DNA of 60,216 nt from Nitrososphaerota archaeon (GTDB taxonomy: Archaea > Thermoproteota > Nitrososphaeria_A > Caldarchaeales > Caldarchaeaceae). This document shows, one piece after another, positions 17,701 through 27,259 of the stretch. The DNA lies in the NCBI GenBank assembly GCA_038891515.1, contig JAWAEB010000001.1, positions 1 to 60,216 on the forward strand, written 5' to 3'. Numbering within the stretch: the stretch's first letter is position 1; each line of letters opens with the position of its first letter. Under the pieces are notes generated by a model. The model had not been told where the DNA came from. It did not search any database and saw only the letters and a list, made by a program, of their open reading frames with translations. Both the position numbers and the translations under genes were made by a program.

Positions 17701-19350
17701 ATGAGATCACTTGACATTGCAACTTTAAGCATCCTGTGGGACAAGCTGATATCCATCGCAGATGAGGGGTTCGCTGTCTTAGTCCGGACGTCCTTTTCAC
17801 CCATCGTTAGGGAGGCACTTGATGCGACATGTCAGCTATTTGACGACAGAGGAAGAGCGATAGCTCAAGCTTGGTCTGGCCCCCCATCATTCACTGGAAC
17901 TCTACCCGTCACGCTTGCCAACATTCTTAAGAAATTCCCACCTGAGACGCTAAAGCAAGGTGACGTCTTGGCCACAAACGACCCGTGGATAGGTACCGGA
18001 CATCTCAACGATATCTGCATCATTAGGCCAATTTTCAGGGAGGGGGAGCTTTTAGCCTACTCAGGTGCTGTCAGCCACCTCCCAGACATAGGTGGAGCCT
18101 TATGGTCAGCCACGGCTGATGACGTATACTCTGAAGGGTTGAGGATCCCGCCATGCAAGTTGATGGAGGCTGGGGTAAGGAACAGACTGATTTTCGAGTT
18201 CATCGAGTCTAACGTAAGAACACCTGAACAGACTATCGGTGACATCATGTCAGACATAGCTACAGTCACAATCATGGACAAGCTACTCAACAAGATGATG
18301 TTAGAGTACGGCATTACAGACCCGTCAGCCCTCTGGAACGCCATCATTGACAGAACTGGACAAACCCTTATGGAGGAGTTGAGTAGGATTCCCCACGGAA
18401 GCTATTTTAACGAGAGATATGTGGAGGGGTTCAATGAAGACCATCTAATAAAATGCCGAGTAACAGTCAGGGGGGACAAAATTGTTGTTGATTATGACGG
18501 TACGAGTTCGATGTCTAATAAGGCTATAAACTGCCCCCTCCAGTATACTAGGGCTTATACACTTTATGCGGTCAAATGTGTTTTGAATCCCGCGGTGCCC
18601 AACAACCATGCGATCGAGGCTATAGTTGATGTGAAGGCACCTGAAGGATGCATCTTAAACCCAAGACCTCCCGCTGCAACAGGTGCAAGACATATAACAG
18701 GCTGGCATACACCTCTCGTTGTATGGGGAGCGCTCTCACAGGCTGTTCCGGATAGAGTCATCGCAGAGTCCGGGCTGCCAAGCAGCTGTACCGTTAAGGG
18801 GGAAGATAGAAGAGGGAAACCATTTATCGCGATAGTGGTCATCGGAACAGGTGGAACTGGTGCAAGACCTGAAGCCGACGGTTTGGACTCTACTGCCATG
18901 CCCACAGTCACCTCACTCATATCTGTCGAGCAGATAGAGAGCACAAGCCCACTTCTAGTAGAGTATCTGCGTCTTATAAGGGATTCGGGGGGTGCTGGTA
19001 AGTTCAGAGGAGGACTAGCCGCAGCATACTCTGTGAGAAACATATCGGGGGGCCCCATTCGAGTAGCCTTCATTGGAAACCAACATAAGTTTCCGCCCAA
19101 AGGCATCTTAGGAGGACTTCCAGGCACTCCGAGACGGGTTTTCATAGACGATAAAGAAGTCAGCCCTATGGGTGTTTACGAGGTTGGCACCAACTCCTGC
19201 TTCATAGTTGAGAATGCCGGTGGTGGCGGATTCCTCAACCCTGATGAAAGAGACTTTAAAAGTATCCGTGATGATCTAGACAACGGTTTCATATCCGAGG
19301 CAGCAGCAAGAAACCTTTACCACCTAGTGGAGGGCGGGGACAACGTCTAA
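17701..19350 (+). CDS. hyuB: hydantoinase/oxoprolinase family, B (alpha) subunit
   Basis: About 550 aa. LSILWDKLISIADEG..., NDPWIGTGHLNDI and SGGAGKFRGG match HyuB. GGAGGTGA (17686-17693) lies 7 nt before ATG 17701. The hyuA stop is at 17696-17698. Confidence 0.85.
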   Translation: MRSLDIATLSILWDKLISIADEGFAVLVRTSFSPIVREALDATCQLFDDRGRAIAQAWSGPPSFTGTLPVTLANILKKFPPETLKQGDVLATNDPWIGTGHLNDICIIRPIFREGELLAYSGAVSHLPDIGGALWSATADDVYSEGLRIPPCKLMEAGVRNRLIFEFIESNVRTPEQTIGDIMSDIATVTIMDKLLNKMMLEYGITDPSALWNAIIDRTGQTLMEELSRIPHGSYFNERYVEGFNEDHLIKCRVTVRGDKIVVDYDGTSSMSNKAINCPLQYTRAYTLYAVKCVLNPAVPNNHAIEAIVDVKAPEGCILNPRPPAATGARHITGWHTPLVVWGALSQAVPDRVIAESGLPSSCTVKGEDRRGKPFIAIVVIGTGGTGARPEADGLDSTAMPTVTSLISVEQIESTSPLLVEYLRLIRDSGGAGKFRGGLAAAYSVRNISGGPIRVAFIGNQHKFPPKGILGGLPGTPRRVFIDDKEVSPMGVYEVGTNSCFIVENAGGGGFLNPDERDFKSIRDDLDNGFISEAAARNLYHLVEGGDNV

Positions 19351-20525
19351 TGGTGCCGAATCTTCCTCGAAGGGTTGTAAGAATACCCAGCTCACCAATG
19401 CTAACATTTGCAGAAAAAGTAAGAGAACTCAAACGTAGGGGCGTACAGATCATAGACCTGAGCCTAGGGCAGCCGGAAGAACCACCACCATCACATGTAG
19501 CTGAGGCGGTCGCCAAGGCTTCTCTCGAAACTAGACCGGAATACGAGAGCATCGCCGGCCTATGGGAGCTCAGAGAGGCCATAGCACGTAGACTCCACTT
19601 AGATGATGGGTCTGAAGTCACCCCTGACCGAATAATAATTACATCTGGTGCGAAGCATGCCCTGATGCTGTCCATTATGTCGCTTGTCGAAGATGGTTCT
19701 GAGGTGCTCTTACCCACTCCTACCTTCCCTCCATACAAAGAGATTGTGTCCTTGGCTGGTGGATCACCCATATTTTATAAGCTTGATCCTAGTAATGAAT
19801 GGTATCCCAGCTTGTCCGAGATTGAGGGAAAGATATCTGGTAGGACTAGGCTAGTGGTTCTGAATTATCCGCATAACCCCACTGGTTGGGAGCCCAACGA
19901 GGATATAATCCGTCGGATATTGGAGGTTGCAAGTGCACATGATGTCTATGTTCTGTCAGATGAGCCTTACGAGAAGATAATCCTGCACAGTAAGGTCAAG
20001 CACTATCACCTCACCTACTTCTCCCAGTTCTCGGATCGGTGTATAATGGTTAACAGTTTCTCCAAGACCTACGGGATGATAGCATATAGACTCGGATACC
20101 TTGTCTCACCACCCCATTTAGCCGAGCAGATAACAAAGCTGCAGCGGTCCAGTATAACAAATGTCAGCCCAATAATCCAGAAGGCCGGACTAGCCGCACT
20201 CACTGGGCCTCAGGACTATGTATCGAGACGTCTGCTGAAATACCAACAGAGGGTTGCGATAAGTGTAAAAGCCCTGCGAGAAGCTGGATTCAAGTGTACA
20301 GAGCCTCAGGGAGGTTTCTACCTGTTTCCCAAGCTCCCAAGTGCAACTGTCAACTCAACTGAATTCGCCTTAAGACTCTTGGAAGAGGAGGGCGTAGCTG
20401 TAACGCCAGGGTGTGTCTTCGGTGAGGAATGGGACTATTACGTTAGGCTGGCTCTCACATCACCAGATAAGGAGATAAACCTCGCACTAAGCAGGATCAT
20501 GGACTTTGTCTCGAAATATGGTTGA
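19350..20525 (+). CDS. class I/II PLP-dependent aminotransferase (aspartate/aromatic type)
   Basis: 391 aa. NYPHNPTG and NSFSKTYGM (PLP Lys). The ATG overlaps the hyuB TAA by 1 nt (taATG). Confidence 0.85.
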   Translation: MVPNLPRRVVRIPSSPMLTFAEKVRELKRRGVQIIDLSLGQPEEPPPSHVAEAVAKASLETRPEYESIAGLWELREAIARRLHLDDGSEVTPDRIIITSGAKHALMLSIMSLVEDGSEVLLPTPTFPPYKEIVSLAGGSPIFYKLDPSNEWYPSLSEIEGKISGRTRLVVLNYPHNPTGWEPNEDIIRRILEVASAHDVYVLSDEPYEKIILHSKVKHYHLTYFSQFSDRCIMVNSFSKTYGMIAYRLGYLVSPPHLAEQITKLQRSSITNVSPIIQKAGLAALTGPQDYVSRRLLKYQQRVAISVKALREAGFKCTEPQGGFYLFPKLPSATVNSTEFALRLLEEEGVAVTPGCVFGEEWDYYVRLALTSPDKEINLALSRIMDFVSKYG

Positions 20526-20589
20526 CCTCACCTATCTTGTATGTCTTGAAGGTTAATTAGTAGGTTTTACAAGCCCCCGACGTATCTCC

Positions 20590-21978
20590 ATGACAAATGA
20601 CCTTCGGTCTTTTCTTACCAAGCTTAGCGGGCTGGGTGATGATGAGTTTGTTGAGGTACACCGTGAAGTGGATCCTAAGTATGAACTTTCGGCTGTCTTG
20701 AGGAAACTTCAGGAAAAAGGACGCTATCCTGCGGTGCTATTTAGCAAAGTCAGAGATACAAGGATGAAGACTGTGAGTAACATTTTCGCCAGCAGAAAAC
20801 GTCTGGCTTTAGCGTTCAATTCATCAGAAGATCGGTTGTTGGAGACGTATATGGTTAAGGAGGAGAACCGTATAAAGCCTAAGAAAGTGACCACAGGCCC
20901 GGTTAAGGAGAGAGTTCTGACGGGTAATGATGTAAACCTAGATATTCTACCCAAAATTGTACACTGCGAGAAGGACGCAGGACCATATGTAACCGCAGGC
21001 GTCATGGTCACACGCGACCCTCAGTCAGGCGCTTATGATGTCGGTATATTCAGAATGCAGTTCAAGGGCAGGAATAGGTTCGGCGTTCTCTTCGGTGACT
21101 ACTCAAAGCCAGCTAGGTTGATAAGGATGAATGAGGCCAATAACAAGCCCACTGAGTGCGCTGTCTTCATAGGGCATCATCCCGCCTGTATACTTGCGAG
21201 CCAGACTAAAGTACCCTATGGGATAGACGAATATGAGGTCATGTCCGGTCTACTCGATGAGCCAGTGGAGATAACTCAATGCGAGACAGTGGATTTGGAG
21301 GTTCCTAGTAGGGCGGAACTCGTACTTGAGGGCGTCATCCTTCCAATGGTGAGAGAGCCGGAAGCACCCTTCGGTGAGTACACCTGGTATTATGGGTTGG
21401 AGAGGGAGAGTCATGTGATGGAAGTGACTGCTATAACCCATAGGGAGGACGCGATCTTCCATGACATATTTAGTGCTCACCCCGACCACAATATGACAGC
21501 TCTTGTCCAACGTGAGGCGGTGCTGTATAGAAGAGTTAAGATGCTTGTACCCAGCCTACGCTCTGTACGTCTTCCAATCTCTGGTGTCTGTAGACATGTT
21601 GCATATGTCTCCATCAGAAAGGAGTTCGATGGTCAGGGAAAGCTTGCTGCGTTAGCTGCACTGGCCGCGGACCCGCTCTCAAAGCTAGTTGTGGTAGTTG
21701 ATGATGACATAGACATATCGAACGAGTCTGAAGTAATATGGGCAGTGGCCACTAGAGCACAGGCTGATAGGGCCATCTTCATGGTGCCGGAAGCGTATGT
21801 AAGTGAACTCGATCCATCCAGCTATTCTATACATGGACGCAATACAAAGGACTCTCTTAACACAAAGTGGGCTATTGATGCTACCAAACCCGTAGGACTA
21901 CCATTCGAAGAGAGGGCTGATGTACCAGCGGAGATATGGCGGCAGATAGACTTGTCGGAATATTTGGAGGTGGGTTGA
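20590..21978 (+). CDS. UbiD-family (prFMN-dependent) decarboxylase, paralogue 2
   Basis: 462 aa. EKDAGPYVTAGV, GIFRMQF and EAPFGEYTWYYG. Confidence 0.85.
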   Translation: MTNDLRSFLTKLSGLGDDEFVEVHREVDPKYELSAVLRKLQEKGRYPAVLFSKVRDTRMKTVSNIFASRKRLALAFNSSEDRLLETYMVKEENRIKPKKVTTGPVKERVLTGNDVNLDILPKIVHCEKDAGPYVTAGVMVTRDPQSGAYDVGIFRMQFKGRNRFGVLFGDYSKPARLIRMNEANNKPTECAVFIGHHPACILASQTKVPYGIDEYEVMSGLLDEPVEITQCETVDLEVPSRAELVLEGVILPMVREPEAPFGEYTWYYGLERESHVMEVTAITHREDAIFHDIFSAHPDHNMTALVQREAVLYRRVKMLVPSLRSVRLPISGVCRHVAYVSIRKEFDGQGKLAALAALAADPLSKLVVVVDDDIDISNESEVIWAVATRAQADRAIFMVPEAYVSELDPSSYSIHGRNTKDSLNTKWAIDATKPVGLPFEERADVPAEIWRQIDLSEYLEVG

Positions 21979-21991
21979 GACGCAGAGTAGC

Positions 21992-22303
21992 TTGCACGAA
22001 TTCATACTGGCATGGCTGAACATTAACACCATAGAGATAGCCCTGATAAGGGAGAACGACATGGTCAACTCATGGGACCTGAGGTCTGCCATGACAGAAC
22101 TTGACAGAATCGCAAACATTGTCGCCACAACCAAATGGCCTCCCGAGGTTGCAGGCCAAGTTATGACAGTAGTCCGGTCGCTTGAGGAAGCTACTCACAC
22201 CGTGAGGAACAAGGACTCAACTAGGGTGAAGGCAGCCCACAGGAGGCTACTGGCTTCTGTTCACACTTTGAGGGATGCTATACGGAGATACCTCAGTCCC
22301 TAG
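21992..22303 (+). CDS. hypothetical helical protein
   Basis: 103-aa ORF (TTG start; an internal ATG at MVNSWDL is possible). No family recognised. Its stop abuts the stop of the convergent ThDP enzyme with 0 nt between. Confidence 0.35.
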   Translation: MHEFILAWLNINTIEIALIRENDMVNSWDLRSAMTELDRIANIVATTKWPPEVAGQVMTVVRSLEEATHTVRNKDSTRVKAAHRRLLASVHTLRDAIRRYLSP

Positions 22304-23992
22304 CTACTGCAGTATAAAATGTTTGAAATCCAGCTTGAAACCCCTATCTAGGGGGTCTGTTCTAACATCGATCAATACAGGTTTATCCAATCCAAGAGCC
22401 GACTTCAAGGTATGAGCAATCTCATCCTCTTTCTCAACGGTCAATGTAAAGGCCCCCATGCTCTCACCGAGCTTAGAGTAGTCGATTGGTGGGTCCAGCT
22501 CTGTCCCCACATACCTAGAGGCGTCCCCACCAAGCGCATCAAAGCTCATTTTCACTGATACGTATGAGCGATTGTTACATAATATGATTATGACTGGTAG
22601 GTTATATCTAGACGCCGTCCAAAGACTCTGGGGTGCAAACATAAACGCTCCATCACCTGTGAAGCAAACCACATGGCGGTCGTCTGCTGCCATTTTAACC
22701 CCAAGCGAGGCAGGAACACCCCAACCAAGAGATCCCGCGCTCCTACCTACGAGGGTCTTCGGCTTGCTGAAAGTGTAAAACGAGTCTAGGTACGTGGAAG
22801 AGACTACACCCTCATCAACTATAACAGTATCTTTTGGAAGGATGTTGTTCATCTCTTCTACTAGTTTCCAAGTTCTTACGAGTCCTACCCCCTCCCTCTT
22901 TCTGCAGGCGTCCTTTGAAGCTTCGATGAACTCCCTATAACTTCTCACAACAGATAACCTAGCGGACTTGCTCGAGAACTCTCGGCGTCCCGTGCTTCTA
23001 ACTTCGTTTAGAAGCATCTCCAAAGCTGATTTCGGGTCGGCGACAATGCCCACATCTACCGGGTGCACACGGGCGATCTCCCACGGCGAAGTATGGATAT
23101 GTACAAGTCTAGAATGTCTGGGTAAATAGGGTTTGTTACTGAAGGCACGTTCACTGAATACACGGCATCCCACTGCCAGAACAGCATCTGCCGCCTTAAT
23201 GAATGGGTGGTTGGGGTCGAACACGCCCACGTACAGCTCATGATCATTGGGAAAGTTGATGGATTGGGTGAAAGGGTATGGGGACTCGGATACAACAGGC
23301 AGGGCCAGCTCCTCACAGAGTGTCATTAGTAGATGTAAGGCGTCAAATTCAGCTACCTGCCTACCGGCTATAACAACTGGTCGTTGGGCGTTCATCAGTA
23401 GGTGGAAGCATGTAGTTATAAGATCCTTATTCGGTGTAACTTGCTTGTTGATTCTGTACCTAGATGGTTCCACGGGCTCGTATCTCGCATCGGATTCTGA
23501 GACGTCCTCAGGTACTATTATGCAGGTGGGGCCTGGGTCATGAGGAGAGGTTGCGACCTTTATTGCCCTTCTGATTGCTCTAGGAACATCGTTAGGATTG
23601 CTCACCTTCCAACAAAACTTCGTATAATGGGCTGCAACACCCCGCATATCTTCCAACCAGAGACCAGGCTCATTCAATTCATGCCGGCTATCCGTGTCAC
23701 CGAGGTAAATCACAAGAGGTGAACCATCGATATAGGCATTATAGAGGTTGGGAAGGGCTGTGGAAAGCCCGGGAGCGGCGTGCAGAGCAATGAACGTTGG
23801 CTTCCCCGTGTACCGGGAATAGCCATCCGCCATCCCCACAGACACATTTTCATTTAGTCCCGCCACAAGATCTATGCCACGATATGAGCAGGAACGCAGC
23901 AAACCTACGATTGTAGAACCGGCAAGACCGAAGAGCCAGTAGGCACCCTCCCGCACCATAATATCCGTAACCGTATCCGCAGCTTTCACCAC
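22304..23992 (-). CDS. thiamine-diphosphate-dependent enzyme (acetolactate synthase / sulfoacetaldehyde acetyltransferase / benzoylformate decarboxylase superfamily)
   Basis: 562 aa. The N-terminal Pyr domain is GLNENVSVGMADGYSRYTGKP. The ThDP-binding motif is GDGAFMF...NNRSY. Confidence 0.85.
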   Translation of the reverse strand: MVKAADTVTDIMVREGAYWLFGLAGSTIVGLLRSCSYRGIDLVAGLNENVSVGMADGYSRYTGKPTFIALHAAPGLSTALPNLYNAYIDGSPLVIYLGDTDSRHELNEPGLWLEDMRGVAAHYTKFCWKVSNPNDVPRAIRRAIKVATSPHDPGPTCIIVPEDVSESDARYEPVEPSRYRINKQVTPNKDLITTCFHLLMNAQRPVVIAGRQVAEFDALHLLMTLCEELALPVVSESPYPFTQSINFPNDHELYVGVFDPNHPFIKAADAVLAVGCRVFSERAFSNKPYLPRHSRLVHIHTSPWEIARVHPVDVGIVADPKSALEMLLNEVRSTGRREFSSKSARLSVVRSYREFIEASKDACRKREGVGLVRTWKLVEEMNNILPKDTVIVDEGVVSSTYLDSFYTFSKPKTLVGRSAGSLGWGVPASLGVKMAADDRHVVCFTGDGAFMFAPQSLWTASRYNLPVIIILCNNRSYVSVKMSFDALGGDASRYVGTELDPPIDYSKLGESMGAFTLTVEKEDEIAHTLKSALGLDKPVLIDVRTDPLDRGFKLDFKHFILQ

Positions 23993-24780
23993 TGCCTCCT
24001 CATCGCTTCTTCCAATTTTGAGAGGGCCAGTCTTTCAAATTCAAACAGTCGTGGGTCGTCATAACTTCTAGGTCTCGGAAGCTGGACTTCTAATATGGAA
24101 TATATCGAGCCCGGTCTGGGAGTGAAGATTGCGACTCTGTCACCCATATATACTGCCTCAGAGATGCTGTGAGTGACGAAGACGACTGTTTTCCTGTCTT
24201 TCGCCCATATGCTTAGTAGCTCTGACTGCATGCGTCTTCTTGTTATCTCATCCAATGCTCCAAAAGGCTCATCCATCAACAGGATATCCGGGTCTGTGAC
24301 TAGCGCACGGGCTATACCCACTCGTGTCTGCATCCCACCTGATAGCTGCTGCGGATAAGCATTTTCAAAGCCCTTCAAGCCCACCAGGCCTATGACGCCG
24401 CTTATTCTATCGTTCCACTCACCACGGCTTACACTGTTGTTGGATTCCAAGGCGAATTGTATGTTCTTCCAGACAGTTCTCCAAGGTAGCAACAAAGGTG
24501 TCTGGAAGACGGTGGATATCCTTGTTGGGCGGCTCTTGAGCTGGGCTATGCGAACGGTCCCCAAGTCATGCTGTTCAAGTCCTGCTATTATATTGAGGAG
24601 CGTTGATTTACCGCATCCCGAAGGGCCGAGTAGACAGATAAACTCTCGATCGTATATTGAGAGGGTGAGGTTTGAAATAGCACCTATGATTGTGCCATTG
24701 GGTAGTGTGAAGGATTTGGATACACCGTTAATGGTTATTATCTCCTCCACAACCTCTAGATTCCCGCCTGCTTCCGCCAC
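23986..24780 (-). CDS. ABC transporter ATP-binding protein, NitT/TauT (SsuB/TauB-like) family
   Basis: GPSGCGKSTLLN, LSGGMQTRVGIARAL and LLMDEPFGALD. Overlaps the downstream ThDP gene by 7 nt. Confidence 0.85.
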   Translation of the reverse strand: MAEAGGNLEVVEEIITINGVSKSFTLPNGTIIGAISNLTLSIYDREFICLLGPSGCGKSTLLNIIAGLEQHDLGTVRIAQLKSRPTRISTVFQTPLLLPWRTVWKNIQFALESNNSVSRGEWNDRISGVIGLVGLKGFENAYPQQLSGGMQTRVGIARALVTDPDILLMDEPFGALDEITRRRMQSELLSIWAKDRKTVVFVTHSISEAVYMGDRVAIFTPRPGSIYSILEVQLPRPRSYDDPRLFEFERLALSKLEEAMRRQW

Positions 24781-25514
24781 TTGAAGGCCACCCCTTCCAC
24801 ATTCTTAAGTATTACATTATCTATGACGAGAATCAATAGTGTTATGGCAAGTGTCCATGCGAAGACCTGCTCCATGTCCAGCCGCCTATAGTACAAGTCA
24901 AGCATCCTACCAACACCAGATGGAAGCCCCACAAGCTCGGTAATAACAGTTAGTTTCCACGCCAGACTTATGGCGTATCTGGCACTTCCAAACATGTATG
25001 GATAAATCCAGGGGATAACAACGCTTCTTAATATCTTGGAGGTGCTGCTCCCCACGGACCTTGCCATCAAGAGCAGTCCCTTGTCAAGACTTCTCACACC
25101 TTCCCTTATGGCTATCACCACTGAGGGAAAAATAATCACAGCAGTAACGGCTATACCAGCGTATTCATTAGGGCCTATAGATAGAATGGCTATGATTATC
25201 CAAGCCAAGCTAGGGATCGTCATGATGATATAGATACTGTATTCAAGCAGTATGTCGCCCAACCTCCTAAGACCCATGAAGGAACCCACGAGAACGCCGG
25301 CGCCAAACCCGATGAGAAACCCGAGCCAAGTTCGCCTGACGGTGTCAGCCAAGTTTGTCCAGAGTATGCCGGCTGTAGCGTTAGAAACCAATGTTTCCAC
25401 TGTCCGGACAGGGCCAGGCGCCCACCCGGGTGGTAGGAGGACTGAGAGCATCTCCCAACCTAGTATTAAAGCAACTGGTCCGGCCGTAGTCCTGATGGCC
25501 CTTTTGATGTTCAT
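24756..25514 (-). CDS. ABC transporter permease (SsuC/TauC-like)
   Basis: 252 aa, 6 TM. EAA-type loop ARSVGSSTSKILRSVVIPWIYP. Confidence 0.8.
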   Translation of the reverse strand: MNIKRAIRTTAGPVALILGWEMLSVLLPPGWAPGPVRTVETLVSNATAGILWTNLADTVRRTWLGFLIGFGAGVLVGSFMGLRRLGDILLEYSIYIIMTIPSLAWIIIAILSIGPNEYAGIAVTAVIIFPSVVIAIREGVRSLDKGLLLMARSVGSSTSKILRSVVIPWIYPYMFGSARYAISLAWKLTVITELVGLPSGVGRMLDLYYRRLDMEQVFAWTLAITLLILVIDNVILKNVEGVAFKWRKQAGI

Positions 25515-26284
25515 GTGGTTATTTCAGCCCTCCAGTTCAGAAGATGCCTCTCCAGCATTCGAAGAAACAGGGTATCAGATACCAGTATTACGATAGCGAA
25601 GGATAGAGTCCACGCGAATACTTGGTCCATACGTAAGACCCCGTAGTTGAAGCCAAGCTGGTAACCGATGCCGCTCTGCATACCTAGCAATTCAGCTATG
25701 ATGGTAAGCTTCCATGCGAGACCAAGACCGTACCGGGATGCAGCTAGCAGGTAGGGGTAGATTGTCGGTATCACCACAGATCGGGTTATACCCCAGCTCG
25801 TGTGCCCAAAGCTCCTCGCCATCCTAACCGTATCGGAGTCCACAGTTCTGACACCTTCTCTTATTCCTATGGCGAATACAGGGGAGCATATCGCCACCAC
25901 GAAGAAGATGACTGATAACTCGCTTAGTCCAAACCATATAAGGGCCATCACAGCCCAGGCCACGCTGGGAAATGAGACAAGTATTATTACAATCGGGTCC
26001 AGTAAGTCGTTGAAGAATTTTCGTATGCCCATTAGCAGGCCGAGACACGTGCCAATCATGAGTGAGAGTAGGAGGCCCGTGAGGACTCTTCGGATGGTGT
26101 CGAGGAGATGGGTGAACAGGACTCCAGTTACTACATTACGGGCTAGGGTGTCGATAACTGGTATGGGACCGGGGATTAGACGCTCAGGAAACAATAAAGC
26201 AAGTAACTGCCATACGGTAACTGGTATGGCTACTGATGCGAGCCTCAGAAATATTGGGCTGGTCAGGCTACGGCCTGACTTCAC
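25511..26284 (-). CDS. ABC transporter permease (SsuC/TauC-like), second copy
   Basis: 257 aa. ARSFGHTSWGITRSVVIPTIYP. Overlaps the next permease by 4 nt. Confidence 0.8.
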   Translation of the reverse strand: MKSGRSLTSPIFLRLASVAIPVTVWQLLALLFPERLIPGPIPVIDTLARNVVTGVLFTHLLDTIRRVLTGLLLSLMIGTCLGLLMGIRKFFNDLLDPIVIILVSFPSVAWAVMALIWFGLSELSVIFFVVAICSPVFAIGIREGVRTVDSDTVRMARSFGHTSWGITRSVVIPTIYPYLLAASRYGLGLAWKLTIIAELLGMQSGIGYQLGFNYGVLRMDQVFAWTLSFAIVILVSDTLFLRMLERHLLNWRAEITT

Positions 26285-27257
26285 GTATCAATACCCTTGG
26301 GTCGTCCACTGCGTTTTGGCTGATGGCTCCGGCGTCACGAATTATGCGGATATTCAGTGCAACATTATCAAGGTTCCAAGCATCAGACCGCAGGTATAAT
26401 GGAACTATTCGCTCCTTATAGACGGCAATGGCTTCAGGACTGTCCGGCAACCTTGTCAATGAGGCGTATCTCTTCATTGCCTCGTCTGGATTGTTATGAA
26501 TCCAATCTACTGCCTCATTCCATATCTTTACAATTTTTCTAACAGCTTCTGGATACCTATCAAGAAACGCAGATTGAACCCCTATCCCCGTGAATACAAG
26601 GTCGTAGCCAGTCTTCTGCCTCCAGACTTGGTTCACATCTGCAAGCTCACGCGCTTGCCCTGTCACAAGTAGCAACGATGTAAATGGGTCAAATATAGAA
26701 ATGAAGTCTGCATCACCCTTAGCCATGATCTCAGGCAGCACAGGTGGCGGACCAGTGAGAACCTTACTAGCAGACTTCTCCAGGTTCGGGAGACCAGCGT
26801 ATTCGAGTACTGGTGAGACATCGTCAGGCTGGTCTAGTATTGCGTAAACTTTACCTCTAAGATCCTGTAGGCTCGTAAAAGGTGAGTCCGGTTTCACGAG
26901 TACCGACTGAAGGCCACGTAGTGAAGCACCTACCAACACGATATTACGTCCAGCGCCTCTGAATTCTGCTGCAGTATGCACGCTGAGAGGAAGTTCTATA
27001 TCGAGTTGCCCAACTCCGAACGCAGTATTCATATCGTCCGGATTCGGAAACTCAACCCATTCTATGTTCAGTCCCTCACGTTCAGCCAGCTTGTTTTCCT
27101 TTATGTAGGCCACGGGTAAACCAGAGATAAACGGCTCGTAACCCACTCGGACTTTGTCAGGCAGAGGTGGTGGAAGAGTCAAGAAGTATACGGTCACAGC
27201 CAAGGCGATTATAACCACAGCCCCAATAACGGCTGCGATCAGTCCCCTTCTTCGCAT
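26268..27257 (-). CDS. ABC substrate-binding protein, NMT1/THI5-SsuA-like, membrane-anchored
   Basis: 329 aa with an N-terminal TM anchor (LIAAVIGAVVIIALAVTVYFL). Overall resembles sulfonate/nitrate/taurine/HMP-type binding proteins. Confidence 0.7.
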   Translation of the reverse strand: MRRRGLIAAVIGAVVIIALAVTVYFLTLPPPLPDKVRVGYEPFISGLPVAYIKENKLAEREGLNIEWVEFPNPDDMNTAFGVGQLDIELPLSVHTAAEFRGAGRNIVLVGASLRGLQSVLVKPDSPFTSLQDLRGKVYAILDQPDDVSPVLEYAGLPNLEKSASKVLTGPPPVLPEIMAKGDADFISIFDPFTSLLLVTGQARELADVNQVWRQKTGYDLVFTGIGVQSAFLDRYPEAVRKIVKIWNEAVDWIHNNPDEAMKRYASLTRLPDSPEAIAVYKERIVPLYLRSDAWNLDNVALNIRIIRDAGAISQNAVDDPRVLIREVRP

Positions 27258-27259
27258 GT

